From assembly GCA_002189035.1 (NCBI GenBank), contig CM007989.1, positions 1,364,001 through 1,428,000 of the forward strand: 64,000 nt of DNA. The letters are read 5' to 3'. This DNA comes from Utricularia gibba. Lineage: Eukaryota > Plantae > Magnoliophyta. Positions 27,001 through 39,255 of the stretch are shown here, piece after piece. A program made the translations under genes and the position numbers. The notes beneath the pieces were generated by a model. That model worked only from the letters and a program-made list of their open reading frames with translations, was not told where the DNA came from and made no database searches. Numbering within the stretch: the first letter of the stretch is position 1; each line of letters starts with the position of its first letter.

Positions 27001-27444
27001 CACTTCTGTTTGTTATTTCAGGTAAAAAATCATCCCGTAAAACCACAGCCTGCCGATCAGCCCGGGAGCATAATCCTTGCCAAGGAACCGGTGCTAAAGG
27101 TGCCACCAATAAAAAATCAATTTATTCTTTCCCATCTGTGGAGATTTTATGCATGCTCCTTTATCTTGCTTGTAATTGGATTTGGAGCTTAAGAGCTATT
27201 CTGGTTAACACTCGCAGGCAAACTTCGCTCGGGCAGCTGCCTCTCTTAACAAAGCGAAGGCAAAAAAGGTTAAAAGATTTCTTCCCAACCCAGAGAGGTA
27301 TTGGGGCCCAAAATCAAGGCTGGTCGTCAAATCACGAGCAAGCATGTGTCTCTGCTAGGTGCAGAGGCCATTGCTGACTTAATGAAGCATGATAAAGAAG
27401 ACGATGAACCTGAAGTTAAGCGCAAAAAGACCTGTGATTCATAA
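24063..27444 (+). CDS. TRM1: tRNA (guanine26-N2)-dimethyltransferase (one apparent frameshift at about 27307)
   Basis: [11 protein letters not shown]...VFYNKAQ|[99 protein letters not shown]. Confidence 0.95.
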
Positions 27445-27878
27445 GAAGCAACTTGATGAAGTTAAGAGCAAGAAGACATGTGATCCAAAAGAAGCAGCTT
27501 GTTGGTTCAAAGGTGACCCGGCTATGATCGTTTGGATACCTGTCCCTGTTCTCTCGCCTTTGCTCATGCAGATAAACTTGTGGAGACAAGTGGCGCTGAT
27601 CTGAGAAGGCATGGAGGGCAGCGTCTGGACGACCAATATCAGCTTTGTTTCTCGTGGGCTTCCAAATTTGGCTTGTTCATGATGCTGTGTTACCAGCCTG
27701 AGTTTATATGAACTTGATTAGTTTGATGTGTTGCTAAATTATAGCCTCGCACATGTTGCCATCTTGTCTCCGGGAGGAATAGTTGCGTCTATTCAGGTTT
27801 TGCTCCACTTCACACACACAGAGTAATCTTATTTTTCCACAAAATCCACTGGGAAGTTACAAAGCAAACTCTCGGACA

Positions 27879-30220
27879 TCAGGCCTCCAAATCTGGAGCA
27901 ATCACAGTGAGAAGTGAATACTTGACACCCAGCGATATCTTGCCGCCATCGACTAGAAGTCTTGCACCAGAGACAACCCAGTACCCAGGATGGTCCTGAG
28001 GTCCTCTAGTCATCTCTGTTGTCTCCACGAACCTTAAAAGTTTAAGCTTTGAAGCCGGCATCGGAGGGCCATCAGGATATAGAGCAGAGTTGATGTTCAG
28101 ATCCGGTGGATGTTGTGGCTTCTGTGGAGTGGAGAAACTGCGGCTGATCATACCTGAGAAAAAGGATGATTTATTACTTTGCGAAGAAGGACCATCCCAT
28201 TCGGACTTCTTCATCACTGTTGCTCCCTTGACATGGGAGTATTGGAGGCTCAAGAACAGGACTTTTTTTGAGCTGTGTTCCCGAACATCCAACCGTGCTC
28301 CGGTGACTATAGATAACTCATCATCAGATTCAACTGGAGCCGTGCATACAAGTGAAGTACTCTTCCAATAAACCTTCTCCCAATATCTAGAGTCATATGA
28401 CATGTGATTCTTCATTGGTGGCTGATTTTCGAGTTCAAAAGCATCTGGCAATGAGGAGAGGTGTTGCATATGGATAGCCAAGGTGTTGCTTTTCTTTCCT
28501 TCCATGTAGAGTCTGAGACCAGTCACAGGGGTATTCTCAACATCCACCTGCACAAACACCAGTGTTCTAGTAGTTACTTCAGCAAAACATCAGAAAAGCA
28601 GAAAGACATCAGTGCACCTACTTCGTTTGTGTTGACATAGAGCTTGGGCCAGTGAGACCGATCTTGAGAAATGAGCAGGTCTGACCTTGTCCATCAGGTC
28701 CTAAAGGAACATCACCCAAAATAGGAGCCCATTTTTTTGGAAGTTGAAACGATAAGAACTGCTCAAGTTCTTCCAAAGGTGGCTTGTCTAAAATCAGTGA
28801 AAGCTGGTGTTATTCTGAGGCATCAACAAGGAACTCCGCATGAGAATGAAACGAGGCGCTTACGGCGTAAGTACAGATTGATGGCATGAGTCAAGAATCC
28901 ACTCCCATCAATACCGCTCAAGAGTGAGGAAATTGGAACGAAGGTCATTGCTATCACTTCAGGCTCCGATTGAACAGCTTGACACCACCTTTCATGAGGC
29001 ATGCTCTTGCTGCTGCCACCGCCTTTTCTCCTCCAGAAGAATGTAACTTGCTGCAGGTTTTAATAAAAGCATGTAAAAAGGCGATGCTTTCTAAAAGCAT
29101 TTAGAAAAACAATACCTCTTGGGTGGAATGAACAACGGGGCAACAGAGTCCAAGGAAGCAACAATTCCTTCATTATTGTACTGAAAACAGAGCATCCGAC
29201 CACTTGATGTTAGGCACAGAAGGATCACTGGGTATCACAGAATCCATGTTCTGGTCATGAACTGGAAATGAAAATGTTGGTGGTGTGAATACACTACCTT
29301 GGAGCTTGAACTAGGTTGAAAACCTCCATTGCTAAACCGCTTATCTGCGAAATCCCTCAATCTTCTCTTAACATCATTAAACTGAAGAGGAGATGTATAT
29401 TCCTGCTTCATATACACAACATCCTTCCCACCCATCTTTACACCGGCAACAATGTGAGTCCCATACTCTCTGATGAACCTGAAATGCAAGAACATGGTCT
29501 ATTATCTTACAGGCACAACTGCAATGATTATGACAATGGATTACACTGATGCTAACTTTGCCAATGCAGCTGGGTTCCAGGATGATGGAACTCCTCTCTT
29601 GATGTGATCCCGGAGAACAACGTGGGATTTTTCTAATTCCAGGGAAAATAGGGTGATGAAGACGCCGTCTAAAGCTAGAGACTTTGTGAGGGAGGCATCT
29701 TTCTGCCAATTCCCGCTGAATTCAAATGCGGCATTGAAATGGCCACTTGGAATTTTTCCACCAACCGATAGCTGCTGGTTCAACAGTTCACACATCTACA
29801 TGGAAAAACGAAGGTAATGCTCAAGAAACCAAAGTTCACTGAAAGATCAACCTGATACGCGATCTTATGAATCGGATCTCCATTTCGATTTGCAGGAGAG
29901 GTATTATGTACCTGACGGAATGTGAGGACATCAGAGCTGAATCGCACACGTTCACCTTTATCGCACTTAATGGACGTGGGTACATTTTGTACCAAAATCC
30001 CACCAGGAATAACAACATCCCTAACATTATCATGATCGATCGCGATCATTCGTGGATCATCAGGATGCTGTTTCTTGCAATAATTAAGACCCAACTCAAG
30101 AGTCAAGTCATAGCCCAATCCAATACATCGCACAGCTTCCTCCGCCGCCGCCCGGAGCCTCAAGGCTACATCTTTACGACCGTCGCTGCTTCTTTTGCTT
30201 CCTTCCCCGTGATTCGACAT
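27879..30220 (-). CDS. MACPF domain-containing protein (CAD1/NSL1 family; one apparent frameshift at about 28646)
   Basis: AAEEAVRCIGLGYDLT, KCDKGERVRFSSDVLTF, GKIPSGHFNAAFEFSG, FIREYGTHIVAGVKMGGKD (MACPF signature), GSGFLTHAINLYLR, GPQDHPGYWVVSGARL. Confidence 0.92.
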
Positions 30221-31267
30221 GGCGGCCAGAAGAATCAAGCTCAACCAAGAGGAAGAGACAGAGGATAGAGGGGAGATTGAACCCAAAAAAGCCTAGTCAA
30301 GGTGAGCAATGTAAGTGGGGCAATAGTAACAGGGAGCATGGCCAAGTCAGAAATGTCGCCGGTGGGTGTACGCAACACAAATTTGACTGGTTCGGAAGGT
30401 GGCGGCTTCAGCCGCACTGTTCAAACAAAGCCTTTTGTCTTCATCACTCCCAAAAAGAAAAAATCAATCAGTCACCGGTCGTTGGAAAACAAACTTGAAA
30501 GTTTCGATTTTTCCTCATAGTCGGCAACATAATTATGTAATATTAATTTAAATGCTAATCGTGATATATTTAAATATTAACATTTAATTACAAAGATACA
30601 AATTTGACATCACTTACGTTAATAAATTAATTCAATTAATAGCATACTTAAATTATTTATATTCAGATAAATATAATAATTGAGTGTATTATAAAAGTGG
30701 TCCCCTCATGGATATATAATAAAAATAAATATCGATAATATAAAAATTTTATTTCACTTTGTAATAAAAACTATAACGGATGGTTACTTTTTGAAATAAA
30801 CCTAGAGTAACTATAATTGAAAATATGGTTAACAAAACATATACAAAAGGAATTATACTGCACACTGCAGTATAATTATGTATAATTGACAATGCACACT
30901 TAAAAACATACATTAAGCATCATTTCAGAGTTTTTAAAATTAATCATTTCACAATTATATTCTTGTAGCCACAAAAATAATTGAGAGAAGAGAATTTCCC
31001 TAACCAAATGACAATTAGGGATTCAAAAACCCAACACAAAAGATGATCATTTTCTATGTTCCACAACCAGAAAACACAACAAATCTTAAATACCTTTGAA
31101 ATTGTTCGCAGGACAAAATTTAACATGTCTGTGAAACTAATCAAAAATACAAAAAAAAGGACAGGGAAGAAACAGAGCAACCTCCCTACAAGAACAACAG
31201 TAGCAGAAAGAACCGACCACATGGGACACAAAATCTTGATACACCATTACCTGTGTCTCCCGGGACT

Positions 31268-34200
31268 CTAAAACAGGCTTTTGCACCCAGAGACATCCGG
31301 TGCCTGAGAGTCCAGCAGCGCACTTCCGTTGGGATCGAACGAACAGCGTCGACGGCAGCAGTGAACACGATCTTCTGATAATAGTCATCTCCCAACTTGG
31401 ACAAAATCTCCTTGAACGCCTTGAAATCCAGTTGTCTCAACAGGATGAAGTTACCAACAACTTCACCAAAACTTGATGGTGCTTTAGGTAGGTCAATAGC
31501 CAAATCCTCCAAGGCTGCAGCATAGAGGAGGCATCCGTTGAAAAGATCACTCCCAGTAATGATGCTCTTCTCGATCAAGTACACCAGCAGTTTCACAACC
31601 AGCCCAATGACCAGTGGGGAGCTTTTCTCCAACCCAGGTAGATGGTCCCCTTGACAAGGTGGGGATGATAGGCAGGGGATTTCAAATCTTCTACACACAG
31701 CGCAGCCTCTTCTAGACTTCTGATGTTAAAGTACTCCTCTAAAAGAGAGACCGTTTTCTTCTTAAGGAAGTCCATATCCAAGCGTGCAGTTGAGGCTGAT
31801 TGTTTCTCTACCGGAGCAGGAGACTGCCAGTTAGGAACAGAAGATTTAGGTGTGGGTTCTGTGGCATGAGCTCCAACATTAGCTGGGCGTTCAGGTGATG
31901 GGCCACCAAACTGCAACAGGGGGCTGTTTCTGGCACCCATGTAGCCCGCACTGCCCTGTGGTAGAAGCCTCTGGCTCATTGATGATGACTTCCCTACCAG
32001 TGGGGATTGGACACGCCCAGCATTTTGAGGGTTTGAAGCATCACCTCTCGACGTGGCCCTAGACCTAGGAAGTTCCCAGTTGTCATGGTCCACTGTTGGC
32101 ATGCCTGGCATCTTTTTTGTGGATGGCATCCCTGGCATCATACCACCAGAACCAGGACGGTTCAGTGGGAACCCAGTAGTGTTCACATTCCCCGACATAC
32201 CAGAAGCAAGGGCTCGGCTGCTCCTAATGCCAGCTGCGGCTCCCGGGCGTAAACCCAATGTCTTTTCAGCTTCTGAATGTATCTCACTGATAGTTTTAGC
32301 TTTCACTTCCTCTCTTCTTGGAATCCAGTTGTTGGCACGGAGATCCAGTACATCACGAATCATAAATCGGAGGCGTGCGACCAACTGAGGATTAGTTGAC
32401 AGATCCTTTAATCGACTGAAGTATGCCTCATTGATACGCTTAGATTTTTGGTTTTCATCAAGCTGTTTGCCGATAGTGCTAAAGAACTGGCATATTGCCT
32501 CAACATTTTCCTCAGCTGGACAGATCTGGTTGTCTTTTCCAAGTAGTTCCTGCACAGAAACCCCAAGCATTTCATTAAGTAAATCGATATCTAGAAAGAG
32601 AAGGCTTGATAAGATAAACTCTTCACCTACAGAGAATGGTACAAAAATTAAATGAAACCTGGACAATGTGGTGAACGATCTTTTCTGGAACCATCTTCTG
32701 CTTCAAAAGTTCTCCAATTAAACGAATATTTCCAAGCGTTCGGAGTTTCACCGACCTTTCTTTATCTCTCCGCTCAGCTTCTTGCTCAGGAGCTGTCATC
32801 TGTGAAACTTCAAATGCCTCAAATGCATCTTGGCAGTTATTCAATAGCACTCGCTTAAAAGTTACTTCTTTTCCACCAGGTTCTTCTGCTGGGAAAGGAG
32901 GAAGCTTTTCATTCAGATCTGAGCACAACATTGCATACATGGGACAAAATGTAGGCTCCAGTACTGCTTTATCGAATATCAAGGAAATAACCTCCTGCAA
33001 AATATGAACAATTAAATTTAGCATCTCCAGAGAACAAACACAACCAAAGGACACCATCGCTGACTGAGCATGTGGTGATACCTTCAAAATGTCAGCGGAT
33101 GTAATTCCTGAGTCAATCAACTGATCCTTCAGGAGATCAAACTTCTCGGGTGTTAGCTTGTTAAGTATACTGGAAGAAAAGAAAAACAAAAACACACCAA
33201 CCAAAGTGGTAGGGATGTAAACAATTCAGTGTACAGTGAAGGAAGATGAGAATTGTAATCCATAGGATGAAAAAATAACCTAGAAAATCAAACAATGGCG
33301 ATTACCAAGTTCAGTATTAGGTAACATTAATACCAAATGGATGCGGAAATGGAATGAAAAACATATCTGATATTTGAAATCACATATCTAATAATATGCC
33401 GGACATGCACCATTAATGTAGAACAGCTTACCCCTTGACAGTTTTCAGAACACGTTCCTTTTCAGATAGACTACCCCTTCGTGCAGACCATGGCACTTCA
33501 GCCTTTATCAGAGCAGGTGCAGCCTGTTGTTTTGATAAATAAAACAAGATGAGGACCAGTTGAGATGCATCGCATGATCATAAACCAATCATCCATGCAT
33601 TAAATTGCCATAATGATAGTGTTCATTAACTAAATTCATGTAATAGTGATCCTCAGACTCGTTCTACTAGCGGAATTCACTCAGCGGCACCTCCCTGAAA
33701 CTTACGCCTTGACTAGGAGAAGCTGTAGGTCTACCATACTGTGAGGCCAGCTGCTCCTGCTTATTGTACTGACCCATATCCTGCAGTCTCGGGTCAAACC
33801 GTCCACCAAACTCATGGTCACGAGATGCTTCCCATGACCTCTCATCTGCAGGGTGTGCAGGACGATTTCTCCAGTCCCGGTTGTCAGTATCAGAGTATTT
33901 TCCAGGGCCCTAAATCAGAAATTCAAGAGTAGTAAAACACAACTGAATGGGGAAATTAGAAAAAAAAAGGATAGAAAATGGGCTAGAGAGACCACAAAAA
34001 TATTGTTATGGATTTACACCAGAGTAGAAATATGATACTATGGAATAAAAGAGGCAAGCGAACATTTGTTGCATCAAGGAAAAATTTGAAATTACAATGC
34101 TTTCTCCACGATTCCAGTTGGGTCTGAAGCAAAAAATTCAGCTTCAACTTCTTTCTTAGCTTTAAGGATACTTTCTGGAGGAATGGCCACCTATAAAGAA

Positions 34201-35501
34201 AAGTATAATCAGATCTAGGATCATAAGAATAATTTAATTGCAGTTGTATTCAGAAGATGTGAAGCACCACATCTACTTAATTTTCTTTGACATGATAGAG
34301 TTTCATACATGAGTTTTGATGATTATAACAACGCCCAGTGGCAACAAGAAGCCAATAAAATTGAGGAGAGAGGCACCATATCACCAAACCACACAGACAA
34401 TTCGGATGAATTAGACATACCTCTCTCAGCTCCATAAGCTGGTCTCTAGTATAACGAATCCGTTCACTACCCTCAAAACGGGCCTCGCCAGCCTGAAATC
34501 AATTCATCAAACATAAATTAGTTCATCATCTAAACTATCAACAATGATTAATGTCAAAATCTAACAATGGAAGCACGTAGCATATAGAAAAACTGTGACC
34601 GAGAAAAAAAAATCCACACTTGGGCGGAAATTTAAAAAACATTAGCCAAAAAAGTGATAAATCCAATTCGAGACAAACTGAAGGATGCATATACGGCGGA
34701 TTCCAACCAGCTTAGAGAGTGAACTCATACTAACAGCTTCAATTGCAAAGTGTTTATATTTGTAGGGTCTTTATGGGCACTTCAATCCTCCTTACATGCC
34801 CACCTAAAGCCTACTATTTGTTTTGCGTCCATATTTACAGCATTGCACACCTTACATGCCATGCCAAGAATTAGGACCTCAAACTACATGATTTTAGGCA
34901 AGCAGGAATGGCTCCGTATGCTGGGATGCCCTAAAACTTTTAAAAATCCTGACTCTCAAGAAAATTGTGAGAAAAGACGGTCAGACGAGTCAATGAAACA
35001 TCTTGCCATTACACGACTCGTAATGCCCACTTCATCATGACATACGTACTGCAAAATGTTTTTTTATACCTCCAAGACCAGTTTTTACGTATTTTTAAGC
35101 ATGGGAATAAAAAATGAAATCCTAAAACTCCAAAATGGCATATATGCCTCGCAAAGAATAAGGTTAAACCGAAAGCACAATTACTATATCACGAGGTTAC
35201 AAAATCAGATAACGGGCAGAAAAGGTTTTCCCACAAAATCGAACACATCCTAAAGGGGAAAGCAATAGCTTCCTAAACGAAACCCTAATAAACGAATTGG
35301 AGATAGATCTGATCACAAATCTTGTAAAAGACCAACCTTGAGCGCAGGGTTTGATGATGCAGCACTAAATCCATGGGTGCGCGATAGCGAAAGATCAGAG
35401 CTAGCAGCCGCCGATGAATCGAAGCGTGGGCCAAATACCCGCCCTCCACTGCGAGTTCCTCCACCTGGTCTCAAGCTCAACACCGTCTGATCAGCCTGCA
35501 T
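31268..35501 (-). CDS. eIF(iso)4G: Eukaryotic translation initiation factor iso4G (three apparent frameshifts)
   Basis: [15 protein letters not shown] start, eIF4E-binding motif [15 protein letters not shown]4G domain [11 protein letters not shown]...[17 protein letters not shown]...[26 protein letters not shown]3 domain [10 protein letters not shown]. Confidence 0.95.
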
Positions 35502-36312
35502 AACTTGCAAAATCGAAAGCTCGACGTCCAATCAACCGCCAGCAACAAAACACGATCTCTGTATCTCTATCTAGAGGAAAAAGCGAAACCCAATTCGGGA
35601 TCCGTCCCCCGGTATATGGATATAAATTATGAAATTATTGATACAAGATAACAACGGATGTGAAAATCTAGAGAGAGAAACCTCCCTCTCTCTAACGGTG
35701 GAGGAGATAGTGAGGAGGGTCCAATATATACGACGCGCAGAAAGAAACCCTCATCCATTGTGGACCGAAAAGTGCATGGATTTAAACTATTGGGGCCTTT
35801 TTGGAGATTTAACCTTTATTGGGTAATTTCCGAATAAAGAAACATTTCTAGGGCAAATTTGCAATACAGCGGATGAAATCCAAACGGTGACAAAGCCCAT
35901 GCCTTTTGGGCTTGGGGCCCGACAACTAAAAGTGTTTCAAGTTGCTTTTCTTTTTTAGTTTCCATGGAATTGCATCACGCAAAAATGAGGACGAGATTAT
36001 GATTCACGGGAACTGTAAAAGAACGGCCTTCCGCGGTAAAAATCTTGATTTTCTTTTTGGGTATCTCTCTCCTTCAAGGTTTTTTTAGTCGATGATGGAG
36101 ATTGGTATTTTCTTGTATGGTTTTTGAAATGTTGGATGATGATAATGGTATCGCTCTCCATTTTTTGTAAGGAGTGAGTTTGGAGTTCGCATCATTTATC
36201 AGTGGCAACCGGCCAACCTTTAATTGGAATACAGAATAGTATTACCATCATGAGCTCTTTGAGTTCTGTGATTCCTCCTGATTATGAAGATGGTGTACAT
36301 TGAGTGCAGAAG

Positions 36313-37692
36313 ATGGAGTTAAGAATGATTAATTGTTCACCATATGTTGCGGATAACTCTCTTGAGATTTCCTTGAGAGCGGCTTTCTGTTTTCTGAAAC
36401 CCAAGCTTAGGCCCCCTTTTCCATTGAGCATCTTAACAGTGGAAGAGTACACAGAAATGAATAGAGCAATTCTTTATGGAATTCTGTGTGAACAAGGTAT
36501 GATTGAAGTTCATATTAAGCATCTACATGGCATTATCACTGATGGGTATCAGTATTTCACGAGCATGCTTGTCAAGGTTGTGAGTGAATTGTATGGGAAG
36601 CTAGTTGCTGATTCTAAAAAGCAGTTGTTCAGGATAACTCATGAAATGGTTGATGCTTCAGCCATTGGAGTTGACACATTGCTTGTGGGGCTTATGAGGC
36701 AGATAGTTAGTGGAGATTATGGTGAGGACAATTTGTGGCTGTGTTCGGAAGTGATCAGTATTCTTTCAAGCAAATGGGATTGTTTGCTGGAGCTTGAAGA
36801 GCCCTTGGTTTTATCTGGTGCTCTTTATGTGTTCTTAAGGTTATTAGCTGATCATTTTAAGCTGAGGAATGACCCAAAGATTAACTCTTTGATAAAACTG
36901 GAGATTTCTTTCTGTGTTAGAATGTTCAGAGAGAGATTCTCCTTGTGTTTGAGGATTGGGAGAGACATTATTCGGCTTTTGCAAGATTTGGTTAAAATAC
37001 CAGAGTTTCAGGAAATATGGAAAGACCTACTGTACAACCCACATGCCTTTGGGGCTGATGGATTTGTAGACATATCACAGATATACAGCACAAGAACATC
37101 AAGATGGTACTTTTCACTGCGGTTGACTCCTGAAATGGAATCTCAGTTGCGGTTCTTACTCACCAATGTTAAATTTGGCGGTCAAAAGCGTTATCAACTT
37201 TGGTTTGTGAAGAAGTTTCTTTCTACGCCAGAGAGAAGCCCTACAGTGATCGACATTGTGAGATTTGTATGCTGCGGTCACTATCCATCAAATGATACCA
37301 TCAACTCTGATATCCTTCCCAGATGGGCACTAATAGGATGGCTTCTGCTTCATGACCCAAGGATTCATGTTCAAGCAAACTTGAAGCTTGCTCTTTTATA
37401 CGACTGGCTTTTCTTTGATGAAAAAGTGGACAACGTTATGAACATCGAGCCTGCAATTCTGTTGATGGTGAATTCCATCCCTAACTATATAGATATCACA
37501 CACACCCTTCTTGAGTTTCTTTTTTTGTTAGCAGAATACTATGATCCTGATAGGAGGCCAGTCTTATGTCGTGGGATATCAACTGCTTTACATACTCTTA
37601 TCAGGAAGGGGGTGATCCAGTCACTTGATGTGTTACTTAATTGTGATAAGATTTCTCCCCTTGTCAAGGAAAGGTTAAGAAATTGTTCATAG
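36313..37692 (+). CDS. INTS3: Integrator complex subunit 3 (SOSS-A) homolog, intronless
   Basis: LEISLRAAF..LKPKLRPPF...NRAILYGILCE, LTPEMESQLRFLLTNVKFGGQKRYQLWF, DIVRFVCCGHYPSNDTINSDILPRWALIGWLL, KLALLYDWLFFDEKVDNVMNIEPAILLMVNSIP. Confidence 0.9.
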   Translation: MELRMINCSPYVADNSLEISLRAAFCFLKPKLRPPFPLSILTVEEYTEMNRAILYGILCEQGMIEVHIKHLHGIITDGYQYFTSMLVKVVSELYGKLVADSKKQLFRITHEMVDASAIGVDTLLVGLMRQIVSGDYGEDNLWLCSEVISILSSKWDCLLELEEPLVLSGALYVFLRLLADHFKLRNDPKINSLIKLEISFCVRMFRERFSLCLRIGRDIIRLLQDLVKIPEFQEIWKDLLYNPHAFGADGFVDISQIYSTRTSRWYFSLRLTPEMESQLRFLLTNVKFGGQKRYQLWFVKKFLSTPERSPTVIDIVRFVCCGHYPSNDTINSDILPRWALIGWLLLHDPRIHVQANLKLALLYDWLFFDEKVDNVMNIEPAILLMVNSIPNYIDITHTLLEFLFLLAEYYDPDRRPVLCRGISTALHTLIRKGVIQSLDVLLNCDKISPLVKERLRNCS

Positions 37693-38479
37693 GTTATCCC
37701 CATATTGGATTTAGCAGCTGATCAAATGCAATTTAGAAAACTAAGACTTTAGAGTCACAGGTGGCAGAGATCGACAAAGTTGGTCTGTTCACCATTTAGT
37801 TGGTGTGTGTTTGTTCATGTTGGTGTATGTATTTGTAACCTTCATGTGCAATTTCTTGAGGAAATCAAACCTCAGTAGAATCTATCACCACTTCACTTCA
37901 CCTTGTATTACGATAAAAGGAGCTACGTATGGTACAACTATTTGTACAGAATAAAAGAGCATAATCAGCTGTCCATTTTTAATCTATTCCATTACCAATT
38001 AAGCAGCACAAACAAGATTACATGGAGAACACATTATGATGCCTCTGATCTGTTGTTGGACTGCTTTTTGTGCAAGACTGATAAGAGGAGAAGTGCATGG
38101 CAGCGACAGAATGGTTTTCCTTTCACTGTTCCATGTTAAAAGAGAGCAAAAAGCAGCAGTAGCAGCTTCCACCTGCTTTTCTTGATTCCGAAACCAAAAA
38201 CTTTTCATGTGTTATCCAGTTCACCTTCACCTTTTACCATCCGCAACTGTAATTAACTTCAGTCTTGGGTGTTTTTGCTAATTAAAAAAAGTGAATTTGG
38301 GGGCAACTTCAATTTCAAATTTTCTTCCTACTGAATTTCACAAAACAAAAAACATACATTCTGGAGCCAAAATTGAGTCTTGGGTCAGAGATGGTCTGCC
38401 TTCTTCCTCTCCTCCGTGAAATCTGACCCGACCCTACAACCAAAAGAAAAAAACACTTGACTCTTCTGTCTCTACTCTC

Positions 38480-38950
38480 TAGTATTTACGCAGGGGGCTG
38501 GGGGGGTGTGAGTCCCAGTGAAAACTTCAAACTTGTCTCCTTTTTCTTTTTTCTCCAAAAGACTCATTCGCATATTTTTGGCATCTACGGCGCTCGAAGC
38601 AGCTAATGCCGGAGGAGAAAAGGCAGTTGAATGGAGAAGATGAGGTAATGGGTGCTCCCAAAATTTTATCTTTTCGGAGTCATTGGTGACCGTGGCGACG
38701 GTGCCGGCCGCGGCCGCGCCGTCGACGGAGTGATATTGGCGGAATGGCTCAATCCCCGGTGCTTTCTAACCCTCTTGTTTTACTTGCCGTCGCTTTATTT
38801 GCCTTCACTTGCTTGAAAAGTTGTTCATCATATTAATATGCATTGTCCAAAGCTCTGCTGTTGTAGAACTCTCTCCTTTATTTCTTGCATAATTTTGGAT
38901 TATTGGTGTAAAAAAACATTATAAATTGTAAAGCTGTAATCAATTACCTC
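38480..38950 (+). ncRNA. Candidate lncRNA / small-ORF transcript carrying a miR171 target-mimic site (boundaries approximate)
   Basis: TATTTA element at about 38483, pyrimidine-rich leader, only short ORFs (27 aa and 30 aa), AT-rich 3'-like tail, and the bulged miR171 site at 38729-38754. No matching hairpin arm nearby, so not a MIR171 precursor. Confidence 0.55.
38729..38754 (+). promoter_or_regulatory. miR171-complementary site with 3-nt bulge (target-mimic architecture)
   Basis: AGTGATATTGGCG[GAA]TGGCTCAATC versus the perfect miR171 target (AGT)GATATTGGCGCGGCTCAA(TCA). Apart from the GAA insert the only difference is one C>T giving a G:U pair. Confidence 0.8.
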
Positions 38951-39255
38951 CCTTCAAGGTTTAAATCTTTGGATTAACGAATAAAACATGCATGGGAACA
39001 CACACACGGGCCAAAAGAGCAAAAAGATGAAGCATGTACAGTCCATGAAGGCCACGATGCTGTCATATGAGTAACCCATTTTGCAGCTTCAAATTCCAGT
39101 CTCGAGAGTTAAATTTCATGAACACCAAATGCTCTCTGCAACTTCAAGTCTTCAAGTAGCCATTTTGGCTGTTTGTTTTAGAGCTTAAGTTCGGGATACA
39201 ATACCTTGAACAAGACTTGGCAACTGAAAGATTTGGCGAGTTTCCTAACAGTCCA

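Noticed and set aside
4340-37692. Co-location of NRPB1, INTS3 and the SNAPC5-like gene as an snRNA-transcription cluster
   Set aside because: Separated by many unrelated genes; at this density co-occurrence is plausibly chance, and the SNAPC5 call is unproven.
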